From the human T2T-CHM13v2.0 reference genome, Homo sapiens, in NCBI RefSeq assembly GCF_009914755.1, contig NC_060940.1: DNA of 64,000 nucleotides, one strand, 5' to 3'. The notes under the pieces are model-generated. The model was not told the origin of the DNA. It saw only the letters and a program-made list of their open reading frames with translations, and made no database searches. The position numbers and the translations under genes are program-made. Positions 15,034 through 28,149 of the stretch are shown piece by piece. Within the stretch, counting starts at the first letter, position 1, and the number at the start of each line of letters is the position of its first letter.

Positions 15034-15599
15034 GAAGCAAGTGAGTAAGAGAGAGAAAACTATAAAATCACTGAACAAAGTGTAAAGATGTTAATTTTCC
15101 CACAACGTTAGAAATTTTGTGTATATTTACATGCATATCTACACATAAAGCTGATCTCCTTATATGTTAAATCAGTTACATGTTCAGTGAAAAATACATT
15201 ATTTTCTCTGTTTTAACACTGAAGAGGGGTGCACGTGGTCCAGACATGTCCTGTTGGAGTTGAATGGGGCATGTTCTGGGAAAAGGGGAAAGGCAGAGTA
15301 AGGGCCTGGTGCATTTAGGTGGGGTAAAGTGGGAACCTAATAGAGAGGCATCCAGGGTCTGGGCCCTAGCAACACTGAGGCTCACGGGGGCTTCTGCAGG
15401 TGAGGGAAATGGTGCAGGGTGCTGAAGGCTAAAATATCCTGTAACAGGCGAAGATCTGGCCAGATCGTCCTGCATCCCAGCATCATTGCCAGCCAGGCCT
15501 AACTTGACCCTATATTGAAGACACCTGGGATGGACAGGCGTGAGCCTCCAGGCTTCAAAGAGCCCCCAAATGAGATCTGCCCTGCGGCAAGGGTCCAGA

Positions 15600-17030
15600 C
15601 CGTTACGGCCAGGCCAATTTAAAAGAGCCCCATCTCCTCTGTTCTCAGAGGCTTATGCGGGTGGAGAACAGATAAGAAGTGAACTGAAGTCTCCTTGAAA
15701 AAAACAAAGTCCCATGGGGTTTGCCGCCCCCTCCCCCCACCCACCTAAAACTGGAACCAGTCAGCCACCTCTGTCTCTTCTCCATGCCAAGAACCTCTGT
15801 TCAGGGCTCCTGGCAAACCCCTCCTCCCTGCTGCCTCCCCACCACAGTATGCTTGCCAGGAATGCCCGAGATCTGGCACCTGAGCATGTTGCGTGGCAGG
15901 CGGGGGAGCAAGCGGGACAAGGGCGGCGATGTGTCCTGCACAAAGGCCCAGGCTGCAGACCAACTCGCCTCGCAGCAGGTAGCAGCTGTGTGCCCCCTGC
16001 CAGGCCACTCCCCCTCCCGGAGCAGCAGCTCCCGCTGCCACTTCTGTTTGTTGAACACAGGATGTATGAATGACGGCTAGGGGGCCAAGGATGGGGATGG
16101 TGGCGACATCTGGTACTGTTGTAGTAAAACTCCAGCCAAGGAACACGAAGAGACCTTTGGAGACCAAAGAGAACTTTATTTAATTCAGGCACCTGAGCCA
16201 ACAGCAGGCTCATGCCCAAAATGGCTGCCGACCCCTGCAAAGAAAGCAGGCTTGCTTAAGTGCCGTTTGAGGCGGGAAAACAAGGCAGGTTACAGGTTTC
16301 AGACAAAGACAGTAAATTATCCAACCCGTGACAATTCGGAGAGAACTTACAATTTAGTTATTTTGTCCAGTCAACTTTGAAGCTGAACAGAGCTGGGGTA
16401 AGGGAAAACACGAATTACAGGAATATGCGGGGGTCTGGAGGCAGGCAATAAGCTTGGAAGATTGAGATAAGCTCGCAGCTGCAACTTGTTAGCAATGCTG
16501 GAATGGACTGCTGGAATTTCTTAGCCTATGTATAACTTCTAAGTAACCTATGCTGAATGTTAACTATTACCTATGTTAGGTTTATTATTTTAAACTTTAT
16601 TATTACTTATTTTATTTTATTTTCTTTCCACAGTATCTCTTACCATCCGGCCCAGGCAGCAGCCAGCCCTGCCTGGGCCGCGGCCGCCGGCCTCATGAGC
16701 CTGGCATTCCTGTCGCCCCCTCTCCCCATAGCTTGCCTCCTCCTTCTCACAGTCGGGCGCCCGGCTCCTCGAGACGCAGGACCACCTCAGATCTCCAGTC
16801 CTGCACCTGCCGGCTGAGCAAACGAGGAGACGGGGAGAAAAGCTGTCTGTCGTTCCTGAAGGAACAGGACCTCCGCACTCCAAGAAGGAATCGGGCGCCC
16901 AGTGGGGGCTGCAGGAGCAGAGGACGGTGGCGGCAGTAGCAGGAGAGGCAGGAGTAGGAGCAGTGGCTTCTCTGGAGGTGGCACTGTCTGCCCCCTTGAG
17001 CCTCTTCCTAACGCAGTCTTGATTCAAAAT
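15600..17030 (-). pseudogene. Duplicated GC-rich first exon plus intron start, tentatively PCMTD1 exon 1 (PCMTD1P-type), split by an LTR
   Basis: CpG-rich minus-strand exon-like block (CTGCTACTGCCGCCACCG...GGCCGCGGCCCAGGCAGGGC...GGGCCGGATG) ends at donor GTAAGAG (exon end 16644). The PCMTD1 identity rests on a recalled 5' UTR and recalled DUX4L/PCMTD1P pseudogene adjacency. Confidence 0.5.
16117..16632 (-). mobile_element. Solo ERV LTR, family not determined
   Basis: Minus strand TGTGGAAAGAAAAT...CTACAACA termini, AATAAA near the 3' end (plus-strand tttatt ~16175), imperfect 4-bp TSD gtac/gtat. Confidence 0.7.
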
Positions 17031-18373
17031 CCCTGCTCACCACGGATGCACAGTCACAGCTGAAGATTGTAGTTATCTAGGAGGATTCTTTCTTAGTTGT
17101 AAATCTATGTTTTATATAGGAGTTTTTTCGTTGTTTCTCTCATTCTTTCTTGAAATTTCATATTACTATTTTTTTTTTCTTTTTTGGTAAGTTCCTTGAC
17201 ATTCGTGTTTTGTGAGTTTGGTTTTACCTACGTATTATGATTTTGGATGTAAATCTGCAACTCTATGTACATGTTAAGTCAATGTGATGTTTAATCAAAA
17301 TATGAATCAGCCATATCTACCACCAATAAAATCGTGTGTTTGTTTGCCTCTGTAAGTATAGTCTATTTCTTCTTAATTATCTTGCATATTTCTCTTCTTG
17401 GCTGGTGTCAAAAGTTGTTTTATCTTGTTCAGGACAGTAGTCATATAAGTAGTCTTAACTTACCCACGTATTTATTGAACAAATCTATATTTTCTTTGTG
17501 TGAGGAAAACACATTTATAATTTGAAGGTAATTTTCCAAAAAGTTTGTAACTCGGTATCTCTTTTATGTATCACTTTACAATATTTTAACTGTAATAAAA
17601 CACAACAAAATTTACCAGTCTATACATTTGTAATTGCATAATTTATTAGTGGTACATATATCCACATTGTTATGCAACAGGCTTCTAGAGCTTTTCCATT
17701 GCAAAACTAAAACTCAATACCCATATACGTCAACTGCCCATTTTACCCTCTCCTGAGCCCTTAACATTTTACTTTCCATTTCTGTGAGTTGGACTACTTA
17801 AGATATCTCATAAGTGGAATCACACAATCACTGTCACTTTGTTTCCTGGCACATTTCACTTAACATCATGCCCTAAAGGTTTATTGTCATTGCAGCATGT
17901 GATAAGATTTCCTTTTAAAATCATATTTCATTGTATGTATATATCATATTTACTTATTTATCTGTCAAGGGACATTCAAGTAGCTTCTACCTTTTGGATT
18001 TTTAGAATAATTCTGTCATAAACGTGGGTATGTAAATGTTTCTTTCAGGTCCCGCTTTGCACATTTAGATAGATATCTAGAAATGGTATTGCCAGACCAC
18101 ATCATAATTCCAATTTTAATAATCTGAGGAAACTCTGTACTATTTTTCATAATGGCTGCATGATTATTTTTTCCACCACCCAGTGCACAAATATACCAAT
18201 TTCTCTACATCCTTGAAAACACTTGTTATTTTCTCTTATTTGATAGTGGCCATCCTAATGAATGTGAGGTAATATCTCACTGGGGTTTTGCTTTTCATTT
18301 CTCTAAAGATTCATGATTTGCAGCATCTTTTAAAATTCCTCTTGGCCGTTTGTATATCTCCTTTGTAGAAACA

Positions 18374-19253
18374 TGTGGGTGTGAAGGATTACCTAGGTGC
18401 CGAGGCAAGAGACTGAAGGTAAAAACTGTTGCAGTATAATAAAGAAAACAGTTAGAATAAAGAATAGTTATAACACAAATTAGATATAGAGATGATCATG
18501 GACATTATCCATCATTAGTATAAACATTATTAATCACTAGCTTTTAATATTACTCTTTGTTGTATTACTCATATAACCAAGGAATAACTGGTGGGTATAG
18601 GGTCAGGTGCTGAAGGGACATTGTGAGAAGTGACCTAGAAGGCAAGAGGTGAGCCCTCTGTCACACTCACATAAGGGCCGCTTGAGGGCTCCTTGGTCGA
18701 GCGGTAATGCCAGTGCCTGGGAAGGCACCTGTTACTTAGCAGACCATGAAAGGGAGTCTCCTTTCCTTGGAGAAGTCAGGGAACACTCTGCTCCACCAGC
18801 TTCTTGTGGGAGGCTGGATATTATCCAGGCCTGCCCGTAGTCATCCGGAGGCATAAACCCCTCCTTGTGGTGCTGTGCTTCAGTGGTCACGCTCCTTGTC
18901 CACTTTCACGTTCCTCCCATTCTCCTGGTTCCTCTTTGAAGTTCTTAGTAGATAGCGGTAGAAGGAATAGTGAAAGTCTTAAAGTCTTTGATCTTTCTTA
19001 TAAATGCATAGAAGAAAACACTGATGTATGCTGCCTTCCCTCTCTGCTTTGGCTGCCTAAAAGGGAAGGGCCTCCTGTCCCATGATCACATGACTTGCTT
19101 GACTTTATCAATCACCTGGACGACTCACCCTCCTTACCCTGCCCCCTTGTCTTGTATGCAATAAATATCAGCGTGCCCAGCCATTCGGGGCCACTACTGG
19201 TCTCTGCGTCTTGGTGGTAGTGGTCCCCCAGGCCCAGCTGTTTTCTCTTTATC
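18374..19253 (+). mobile_element. LTR13-type solo LTR, 3'-truncated
   Basis: Starts tgtgggtgtgaaggattacctaggtgccgaggcaagagactgaagg; reverse-complement paralogue of 7050-8007; stops at cagctgttttctctttatc. Confidence 0.88.
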
Positions 19254-21050
19254 AGAAAGCTTACTACATTTGAGGTAGACCCATTTTCCTGCTTTTTTCT
19301 TGTTACTTCTGCTTTTAATGTCATGTTAAAAAAATTATCAAGACAAATGTCATGATTTTTACCTTATATTTTAAGACTTTTATAGCGATCTTACTTACAT
19401 TTAAGTGTTTAAGATAGTTTTCTATATGGTGCAAGTGAAAAGTCCAATTTTATTTTCTTCCATTTTGATACTCAATTTTAGAACACTATTCTGTTCTTCC
19501 CTGTTGTTCGGTCATGGCAGCCTGATTGAAGATTATTTGATGATATTCATAAAGGTTTATTTCTGGGTTCTCTATTCTGTTCCATCATCTATTTGTCTTT
19601 CTGCTTGTATTGCTATAGCTTTATAATATATTTTGGAATCAGGAAGTGTGATACCTCTAACTTTGTTCTTCTCCACAGCTACTTTGGCTACTCATTGTCC
19701 CTTGAGATTCCATATGAATTTTAAGACTTAATATTTCTGAAAAAAATGTAACATTGGGATTTTGATAGAAAATACTTTGAATTTGTGCTTCACTGTGAGT
19801 AGTATTGACATCTTAATAATATTAAATTTTTTGACCCTTGAACAAGAAGTCAAGAGTGTTCTGTTTTAAGTTTCACATATTTTTTCATTTGCCAGTTTCC
19901 TTCTTCTTGTGATTTGCAGCTGAGGTCTTTTTACGCTGCCCATGCTGGTCTCCAACTTTTGGGCTTAAGCTATTCTCCCTCCTCAGCCTCCTGATGTGTT
20001 TCAATTACATGGATGAGCCACTGCACCTGGCCTCTTTATTGTTTTTCTGATATTTTTAGGATTTGAAGGTAATTTTTGAAAAGATTGATAAATATGTATC
20101 TCTTTAGAAAGTTTTTCACTATTAATGTAGTCAAAACCACATAAAATTTACCATCTTAAATATTTTAAGTACATAGTTAAATAATATTAAATATATTCAC
20201 ATTGTTATGCAACATATCTCTAGAATGTTTTTATGTTGCAAAACTAAAATTCAATAGCCATGAAACAACAACTACCCTTTTATCTCCTCCCCTGAGGCTC
20301 TGACTGATACTATTCTACTTTCTGTTTCTAAGAGTTTAACTATTTTAGATATTTAACTGGAATCACACAGTGTCCTTTTATGACTCATTTATTTTATTTA
20401 CATAATGTCCTCCAGATTTATCCTTAGTGTAAAAATAATCAGATCTCCTGCTTTTAAAAAACTGGATAATATTCCATTATTTGTATATTCCAATTTGTCT
20501 TTATTCACTGATTCATTGAGGGACATTTGGGTTGCTTCCACCTATCAGCTGTTGTGAATAATGTTGTGCAATGAATATGGATATACAAATAACTCTTCAT
20601 TTGGCCATATATATGACAGTTTATTTCTGTGCTCTATTCTGTTCCATTTGTCTGTGTGTCTGCCTTTATGTCAGTACTAAATAGTTTGGTTACTGTAATC
20701 TTGTAATACATTATAAAGTCAAGGAGTGTGATGCCTCCAATATTATTTCTTTTTTTGAAGGTTGTTTGGCTCCTGAGAGTCACTTTAGATTCCATATAAG
20801 TTTTAGAAATGTTTTTTGTATTTCTGCCAAGTGAAATGACAGTTAAAATTTGATAGAGATCTCATTGAATCTGTAGATCATTTTGGGTAGTGTGGACATC
20901 TTCACAATATTGTCTTCCAACCCTTGAACGAGAGCATGCAGAAGAGTGTGTTGTTTAATTTCCACATATTTGTAGATTTTCCATATTTCTTCTGCTATTG
21001 ATTTCTAATTTTATTCCCTTGTAATAAAAAATGATTGTAATATTTTAATC

Positions 21051-21344
21051 TTTTTTTTGAAACAGAGTTTTGCTCTGTTGCTCAGGCTGGAGCACAGCGG
21101 CTCAATCATGGCTAACCAGAGCCTCGATCTCCCAGGCTCAAGCAATCCTCCCCCGTCAGCCTCCTGAGTAGCTGGACGCACAGGCATGTGCCATTATGCC
21201 CAGCTAATTTTTAAATTTTATATTTTCTAAAGAGAGGGTCTCTTTATGTTGCCCAGGCTGGCGCCGAACTCCTAAACTCACTAATCCTCCCACCTCAGCC
21301 TCCCAAAATGCTGGAATTATAAGAATGAGCCACAATGCCTAGCC
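21051..21344 (-). mobile_element. AluJ, antisense
   Basis: gctctgttgctcaggctggagc...caggctcaagcaatcctcc. Confidence 0.9.
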
Positions 21345-21493
21345 CATATTTTAACATTTTAAAATTTGGTAAAACTTGTTTTGTGTCCTAGTAGGTTATC
21401 TACTCAGGAGAATGTTTCATGACCTATTGGAAAAAGTGTGTATTCTGATATTGTTGTGTGAAGTGTTTTTTTTTCTTTTTTTTCACTTCTATT

Positions 21494-21931
21494 TGTAGCC
21501 TACACAGACCTATTGGACTGAACAAAGCAGGGTGAATGCAGGAATAAAAGACAAGAGACAAAGGGGTATATTTGGAAAAAGGGGTCAGGGGCACCTTGCC
21601 TCTAGTGAACAAGGTACCTGAGCTTTACACAGCCCTCCATATTTATTAGGTAAGAGAGATAGTGAGAAGCGGGGGGTGGTTTTCCACCAGCAGCTTGATT
21701 CACAGCTGACTCGAGAGACTACATTCTTAGAACAATAGGCACTGGATTTCTCAGTAGATAACTTCAAGGAGCCTGGTGCCAGGGAATGAGGCCCTCAGCA
21801 AACCTTTTGGTGGCAGGGCAGTGTGAGTTTGCCCACATCCTGCATTCATGATAAACAGTTTGCTGTTTGATCATATAGCCTCCAGTGGAATGCTGAGTTG
21901 GTCATGTCCCATGGGCCTTCAGCTTCCTGAA
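21494..21931 (-). mobile_element. LTR3-type (HERV-K HML-6) solo LTR
   Basis: Minus strand CAACTCAGCATTCCACTGGAGGCTATATGATCAAACAGCAAACTG; 6-bp TSD TCTATT at 21488-21493 and 21932-21937. Confidence 0.75.
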
Positions 21932-22559
21932 TCTATTCACTGTGATGAGTGTTTTCTATATGTCTGTTCGGTTTACAGAGTTTGCTACTGATAGTCGGAT
22001 AATTATGTCTCTTACTATTTTTGCATAGCTATTTCTTTCTTCATCTGGGTCGATCTTAGCTTTATACATTTGGAAACCCCGATGTGAAGTGTACATATAT
22101 TTATTATTAACACAGCTTCCCCAGTGAATCAACACTTGTATCATTATATACTATCTTTATTTGTCCTTTAATTCAGTTTTGACTTAATGTGTATTTTGCA
22201 TAATTATGACCCCTCTTGCTCTCATTTGATTGCAATCTTCCTAGAAGATATTTTTCATACTTGCACTTTTAGCCTATCTGTGTGCTTAGATCTAAAGTGA
22301 GTTTCTTATAGACAGCAGAAAACAAATCGTTTTTTCTTTCAATCTCTTTAGCCAATTTACACATTTCTGTTGGAAATTTTACTCTATGTATATATTCATT
22401 TTAATTGTGAAAAGAATGGACTACTTCCATTTTGTTAATAGTTCTATTTGTTTCTTGTAGGTATTTTCTCCTCTTTTCTGCTCTTACTGCCTTCCTTTTT
22501 ATTTAATTGATTTTTATAGTGACATATTTCTATTTAATTTGCCAAGGCCAAGTTGCAAG

Positions 22560-22950
22560 ATAAAAAGTTTGCCTTTAATCTAGTCTCTCCACATCAGATC
22601 AAGCCTATGGACAGATCTAAAAACATGAGGTTTCCCTCTTCGGGGGCCCCACTTTTTGGACTGCTGTATGATCTCTGGAGGATTGATGAGTCCACACCAA
22701 GCAAAAGTGGACAGCAGTGTTCTACCTGTGAACACTTGTTTCTTGTAGGCCCTACTGTCTCTCAGGGCACCACCTCTCTTATCCTTTAAACAGGAGTGAT
22801 ATTGGCAGAGAAGGGGCATTCACTCCTATCTGGCAGAAAAGGAGGATTCAGGCCCTTTAACCTCCCTAAGGTCAGAAAAGTCAGAGCCCTCAGAGATGCA
22901 CTTGCAATGTGGCAGCCACTGGGCACAGGGGCTACTGAGCAACTGTATTG
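22560..22950 (+). mobile_element. Possible degenerate ERV pol (RT) fragment
   Basis: GVILAEKGHSLLS..RIQAL..PK weakly resembles retroviral RT (LGLxLSxGxRxLSxERIQxI..PK). Confidence 0.3.
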
Positions 22951-23358
22951 TGCCCAGCATGAACTAAGATATGCTGGGGAGAAATACAAGAAAATATTTA
23001 AATATTTAGTAACATATACAAATGTGCATAAAAATATATAATGCTGGGTTAAAGAAACATATGTCTATGTGTGTGTACGTATATATGTACACATATATAT
23101 GTTTCTTTAATTATTTCATTCTGATTATATGTTAAAATATTTTGGATATATTGAGCTATGTTGTTAACATCAATTTCACTCATTTTTCTTTTTCTTTATG
23201 CTGCTACTAGTAAATTCTAATTGTCACATGTGGCTCACATTTTACTTCTATTGCACATTGGTGCAATAGAGGATTGCCTAATTTCAAAGCTCAGTTTGCC
23301 TCAAAAGCCAAGAGGCCAGAAAGATTGTAAAATCTAAAAATTAAAAATAATTGTAATT

Positions 23359-24063
<705 letters not shown>

Positions 24064-24773
24064 TAAAAATAACCTTATATACAAGGTTAAATGCAAATAT
24101 CCCACAGTGAAGGCCGGGCTTCAGCATAAGGAGGAAGTCCTGCCTGAAAAAGGCTGCGGCTTGGAACATTTTACCCTGTTGTCATCTGGCTATGAGTTGG
24201 CTCACATCTTCTCTCATTCAGAACCTGAAGGGGTGGGGCCTGGGGCCGTATTATCCAATCACTAGTGCTGGGGTAAAAACTGTCTTAAAACTATTCTTTT
24301 AATGCTTAGCAATACTAATTTTTAGTGAGAAACTTAAGATTACTTAATTTAACATAACCAGACTTTAAGATTTTAAATTACTAAAAAAAAAAAAAAAGAA
24401 ACTTAAAACGATGACAGAGTTACTTCCTCTAATGTTTTTTGGTGAGGGTTTCAAATACCTATGTCATATATTGAAACCTACAGTTCTATAAGCCCTACCC
24501 TTAAATCAAAACAACCCTGATGCTATTGTGAACAGGTACTTAGCATAAATCCTACCCTTAGGCAAATTTATATAGTGATTTCAATTGTCCTTCACATTCC
24601 CTTTCCTGTGATAAGTGTCTGGGTTTAGGGGGTCACAGTGTGAGGTTCCACCATCTTCAGCTATCTGAGACATAGCTTCTATTAATAAATGTTCCTCTTA
24701 AATGTTTCTTTCTGAGAAACTTGATTTGTCAGCCTCATTCTTCAAACTCTCAGCTCCTTTGGCCTTTAAAGGT

Positions 24774-24776
<3 letters not shown>

Positions 24777-24820
<44 letters not shown>
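24777..24820. repeat. (TA)n microsatellite
   Basis: Directly visible. Confidence 0.95.
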
Positions 24821-24821
<1 letters not shown>

Positions 24822-24972
24822 TCACAAGAAAACACCCTCATATATATAGTCTGTCAATTTCTCAAACATTGTTATGTGGTTCATGACTGTAATGTGTGCC
24901 ACATGTAGTTTTGTACATGAATAGTATATTTTTTATAGCTACTTTCTATTACACATCACTAAAATACATGTT

Positions 24973-25167
24973 CAGTAAGTGCTCACTTAACATCATTGAT
25001 AGGTCCCTGGAAACTGACTTTAAGTGAAACAAAATACTATATGCCATGGAAAATTAACTCTTGTTTATATCAATTAGCCAATGGTAAAATTGGTTTTATT
25101 ATATAGTACATTGTTTTACTTAAAGTCACAGTTTCTGAGAATCTATCAAAAAAGGGAGAACATACTG
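24973..25167. mobile_element. Tigger/mariner-family MITE
   Basis: Left arm cagtaagtgctcacttaac...gatagg...ggaaactgactttaagtgaaac is mirrored by gttttacttaaagtcacagtttctgagaatctatc...catactg. Confidence 0.6.
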
Positions 25168-26399
25168 TCATTAGTATTACAGTATATGGTACATTATAGC
25201 ATTACACTATTATAGTATGTTATTGTAGTCTTAGCAATTGGTAGTATAATGTGTTTCAGTTTCTCCCAAGGTCACAGAATTATCCAGACCAACCAATAAC
25301 AACTTCCTGTGGGAACCAGGTGCATCTCACCCTCTTGATACTACAAAGCCTTCCCCAACACCCCCTGTTTGTTCTCTCTGCTCCCAAGTGCAATCCCTGT
25401 GTGGGTCTGTATACCTTATATAATTTCCTTCTTCCATGATTATATGTAACGAATAACTGCTGTCAATCTCATTTGTCCAATGATTGGTGCCATGGTTTTA
25501 ACTGTTCCAGTAGTACAAGGGTGGTAATTTATCCCTCACCAATGGGGTAAAGGGGAGGCTAATCAAACAATTCACAATACAAACTGGATTAACCAACTAT
25601 GACTGAGGACATCGGCTCAACTTTAACTGCTTTTGGCCTACTGATTTCATGATACATTAAAAGTCACCTCAGTCAGAGCCACCAGTTTCTGGTGGGCTTT
25701 TGCTTTGGTCTAAATAGCCATTTGTGGCCTTTATCATGAGTTGCCTTCCCTGACCACATTAAAGCACACTCATCACCTAGACATATATGGTCAGTTGACT
25801 CTGCTGCAGCCTGATGTGTCATCATATTTAGCCTTTGTTTGGCATGCAGCTTGCAAGACACTTGCCTTTCAAGGCAGTGAAAACACAGAACCTTAATCAG
25901 TGAGTACTTCAGTCCTGATTACCAAGAGTCAGGCTATATCCCTGTGGTCACTTCATCTGGTCTGCTTACCATTACTAAATGCCCGGGTAGTCATATGAAC
26001 ATTGCTTATTATTGCACACTCTCAGGAAAGGCCCAGGGATGGTTTTTTGTAAAATTGCAAAAAACAAAAAGGACTTTTACTTTGGAGAGAATTATGCACG
26101 TCACTCAGTTGCTCTAACAAGTGCTACCGTCATGGGAGCAAGAACAGTGACCTTGTCTTTCCTGAGCTGCCGCTTCCTTTGCTCCTGTCACATGCACTCT
26201 CACGATGAGGGGCTCATTCCTTGTGCCTTATGGTTCAGGCACTGATGAGAAATAAAAAAGAGAAAGATAACTTAATATTAGTCCCTCCCAAAACTTACTG
26301 GGTAATTCTCTCATCCTAAATCCCCTACTCATCGTGTAGGCTTTTAGCACTGCTGCTTACCAGTATGCTAAAGGTGCAGACTTAGGATCAGAAGTTTGA

Positions 26400-27580
26400 T
26401 GAACTCAAACAAAAAGACCACAATGCATATGGGTGCTAATCCCAGTGAAATGGAGTGGCAGTAAACACCTTCAACCAAAGAGAAAACAGATCACAAATAA
26501 ACAAATAATGACACAACTCAAGAAACTAGAGGAGGAAGAACTTATCCCAACGTTCCCAGATAATAAAATTAGTAAAAAAAATCGGAGCAGAAATGAATAC
26601 ACTGAAGATTAGAAAAACAATAGAAAATGTAGAAAAATTGTAAGAGCTTGTTTTATGAAAACATGAAGTTGACATATCTTTAGCTAGACTAAGAAATAAA
26701 TGCTTAAATAAATAAAATCAGAATTAAAGGGAATACATTACAACTGGTAAAACAGAAATAAAAAAAGGTCATAAGACTGCTATGTACACAGACTCCTATG
26801 TACAATGATATCCCACCAAATGGGATAAGGGAGAAGACATGAATATATTTCTAGACAAGTACCACCCACCAAGACTGAAGCATAAAGAAATAGAAAATAT
26901 GAATAGATCAGTAATGGGTAAGGAGTTTAGATCTGATGACTTTGTTGCTGAATTCTACTAAACATTTAAAAAGAACCAAATCTTTGAAAAAATTGAAGGA
27001 GGAGGAATACTTCCAAACTCATTTTATGAAGCCAGCATTACACTGATACAAAAACCAGAGATGGACATTACAAGAAAAACAATTACAGGCCAATATCCCT
27101 GATGAACATAGATGAAAAATCATCCACAACGTAGTTGCAAATGAAATTCAAAAGCACTTTAAAAGGATCATTTATTATGATCAAGTTGGATTTATTCCTG
27201 GGATGCAATAATATTTTAATATGTGGAAATCAATAAATGCCATACTCCTTATTTACACAACAAAAAGATTAAAAATCATGACTTTTTTATGCATGCCTAA
27301 AATTATTTTGACAAAATTTAAAATCCATTCCAAATAAAATCTATAACAAATTAGGTATAGAAAGAATATACCTCAAAATAAAGAGATATGTTCTTTATAA
27401 GCTATAGGACAATCCCATGGTTAACATTATTGTCAATGGTGAAATTTTGGAATTATTTTTAAGATTTATTATAAGAAAAAGATGCCCACTCTCACTACTT
27501 CTTTCAACACCGTATTGGAAATCCTGCTCAGAATCTAAGACAAGAGAAAAAAGAGCATTTAAATAAGAAACAACAAGTTC
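26400..27580 (+). mobile_element. Old L1 ORF2 fragment, sense
   Basis: ggaggaatacttccaaactcattttatgaagccagcattac...tacaggccaatatccctgatgaacatagatg. Confidence 0.88.
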
Positions 27581-28149
27581 TTCTATTCATGGAGATTAAC
27601 GCTCAGGTTTTTGCAGATTAGATTTAACAGCATGAAATCTGGTACCATCCAGGAATCAAAGGATATAGGACTTTAGGGCATCAATTATTAAGAGGCTATA
27701 GGAAAGCAGAAATGCTCCTGGATGTTTCCATTGTCCACACACAAAATTTCAACAGACCAGCCCCAGGAAGTAAAGGCACATTCCTGACTACTGTTAGTTG
27801 ATGAGCTTTTCACCAAAAGCAGAGATGTGAGACCTGGCAGGTTTCAAAGACCCCTCAAGTGCTCCATACCTTGAAATTCACTTCCACAAAGCTAGAACAC
27901 CATCTGTTCCTGAGGGATCAGGTTATCGTCTGTTTCTTTTAGGCACTGGCCAGTCAGGCTTTAGTGGACACGAAGCCACAGATTTTTAGTGTAAAATGCC
28001 TAATCTATCATAATCTTTAGGTAGATATTTGGAGGCCTGCACACTTAAATGGGTTGGTGAAATGTCATACCAGACACATGGCTGGGAATTGGGTTTTTCT
28101 CCTCCGCTCTTAGCAGCACCTTTGTAACCCAGTGATTACCCCCCTCATG

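Larger units (their letters stand above)
17580..22540 (-). mobile_element. Cluster of antisense L1M/L1MA fragments interrupted by LTRs and Alus
   Basis: L1 3' UTR motifs (gatatctcataagtggaatcac, gatagtggccatcctaatg) and ORF2 remnants. Confidence 0.8.
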
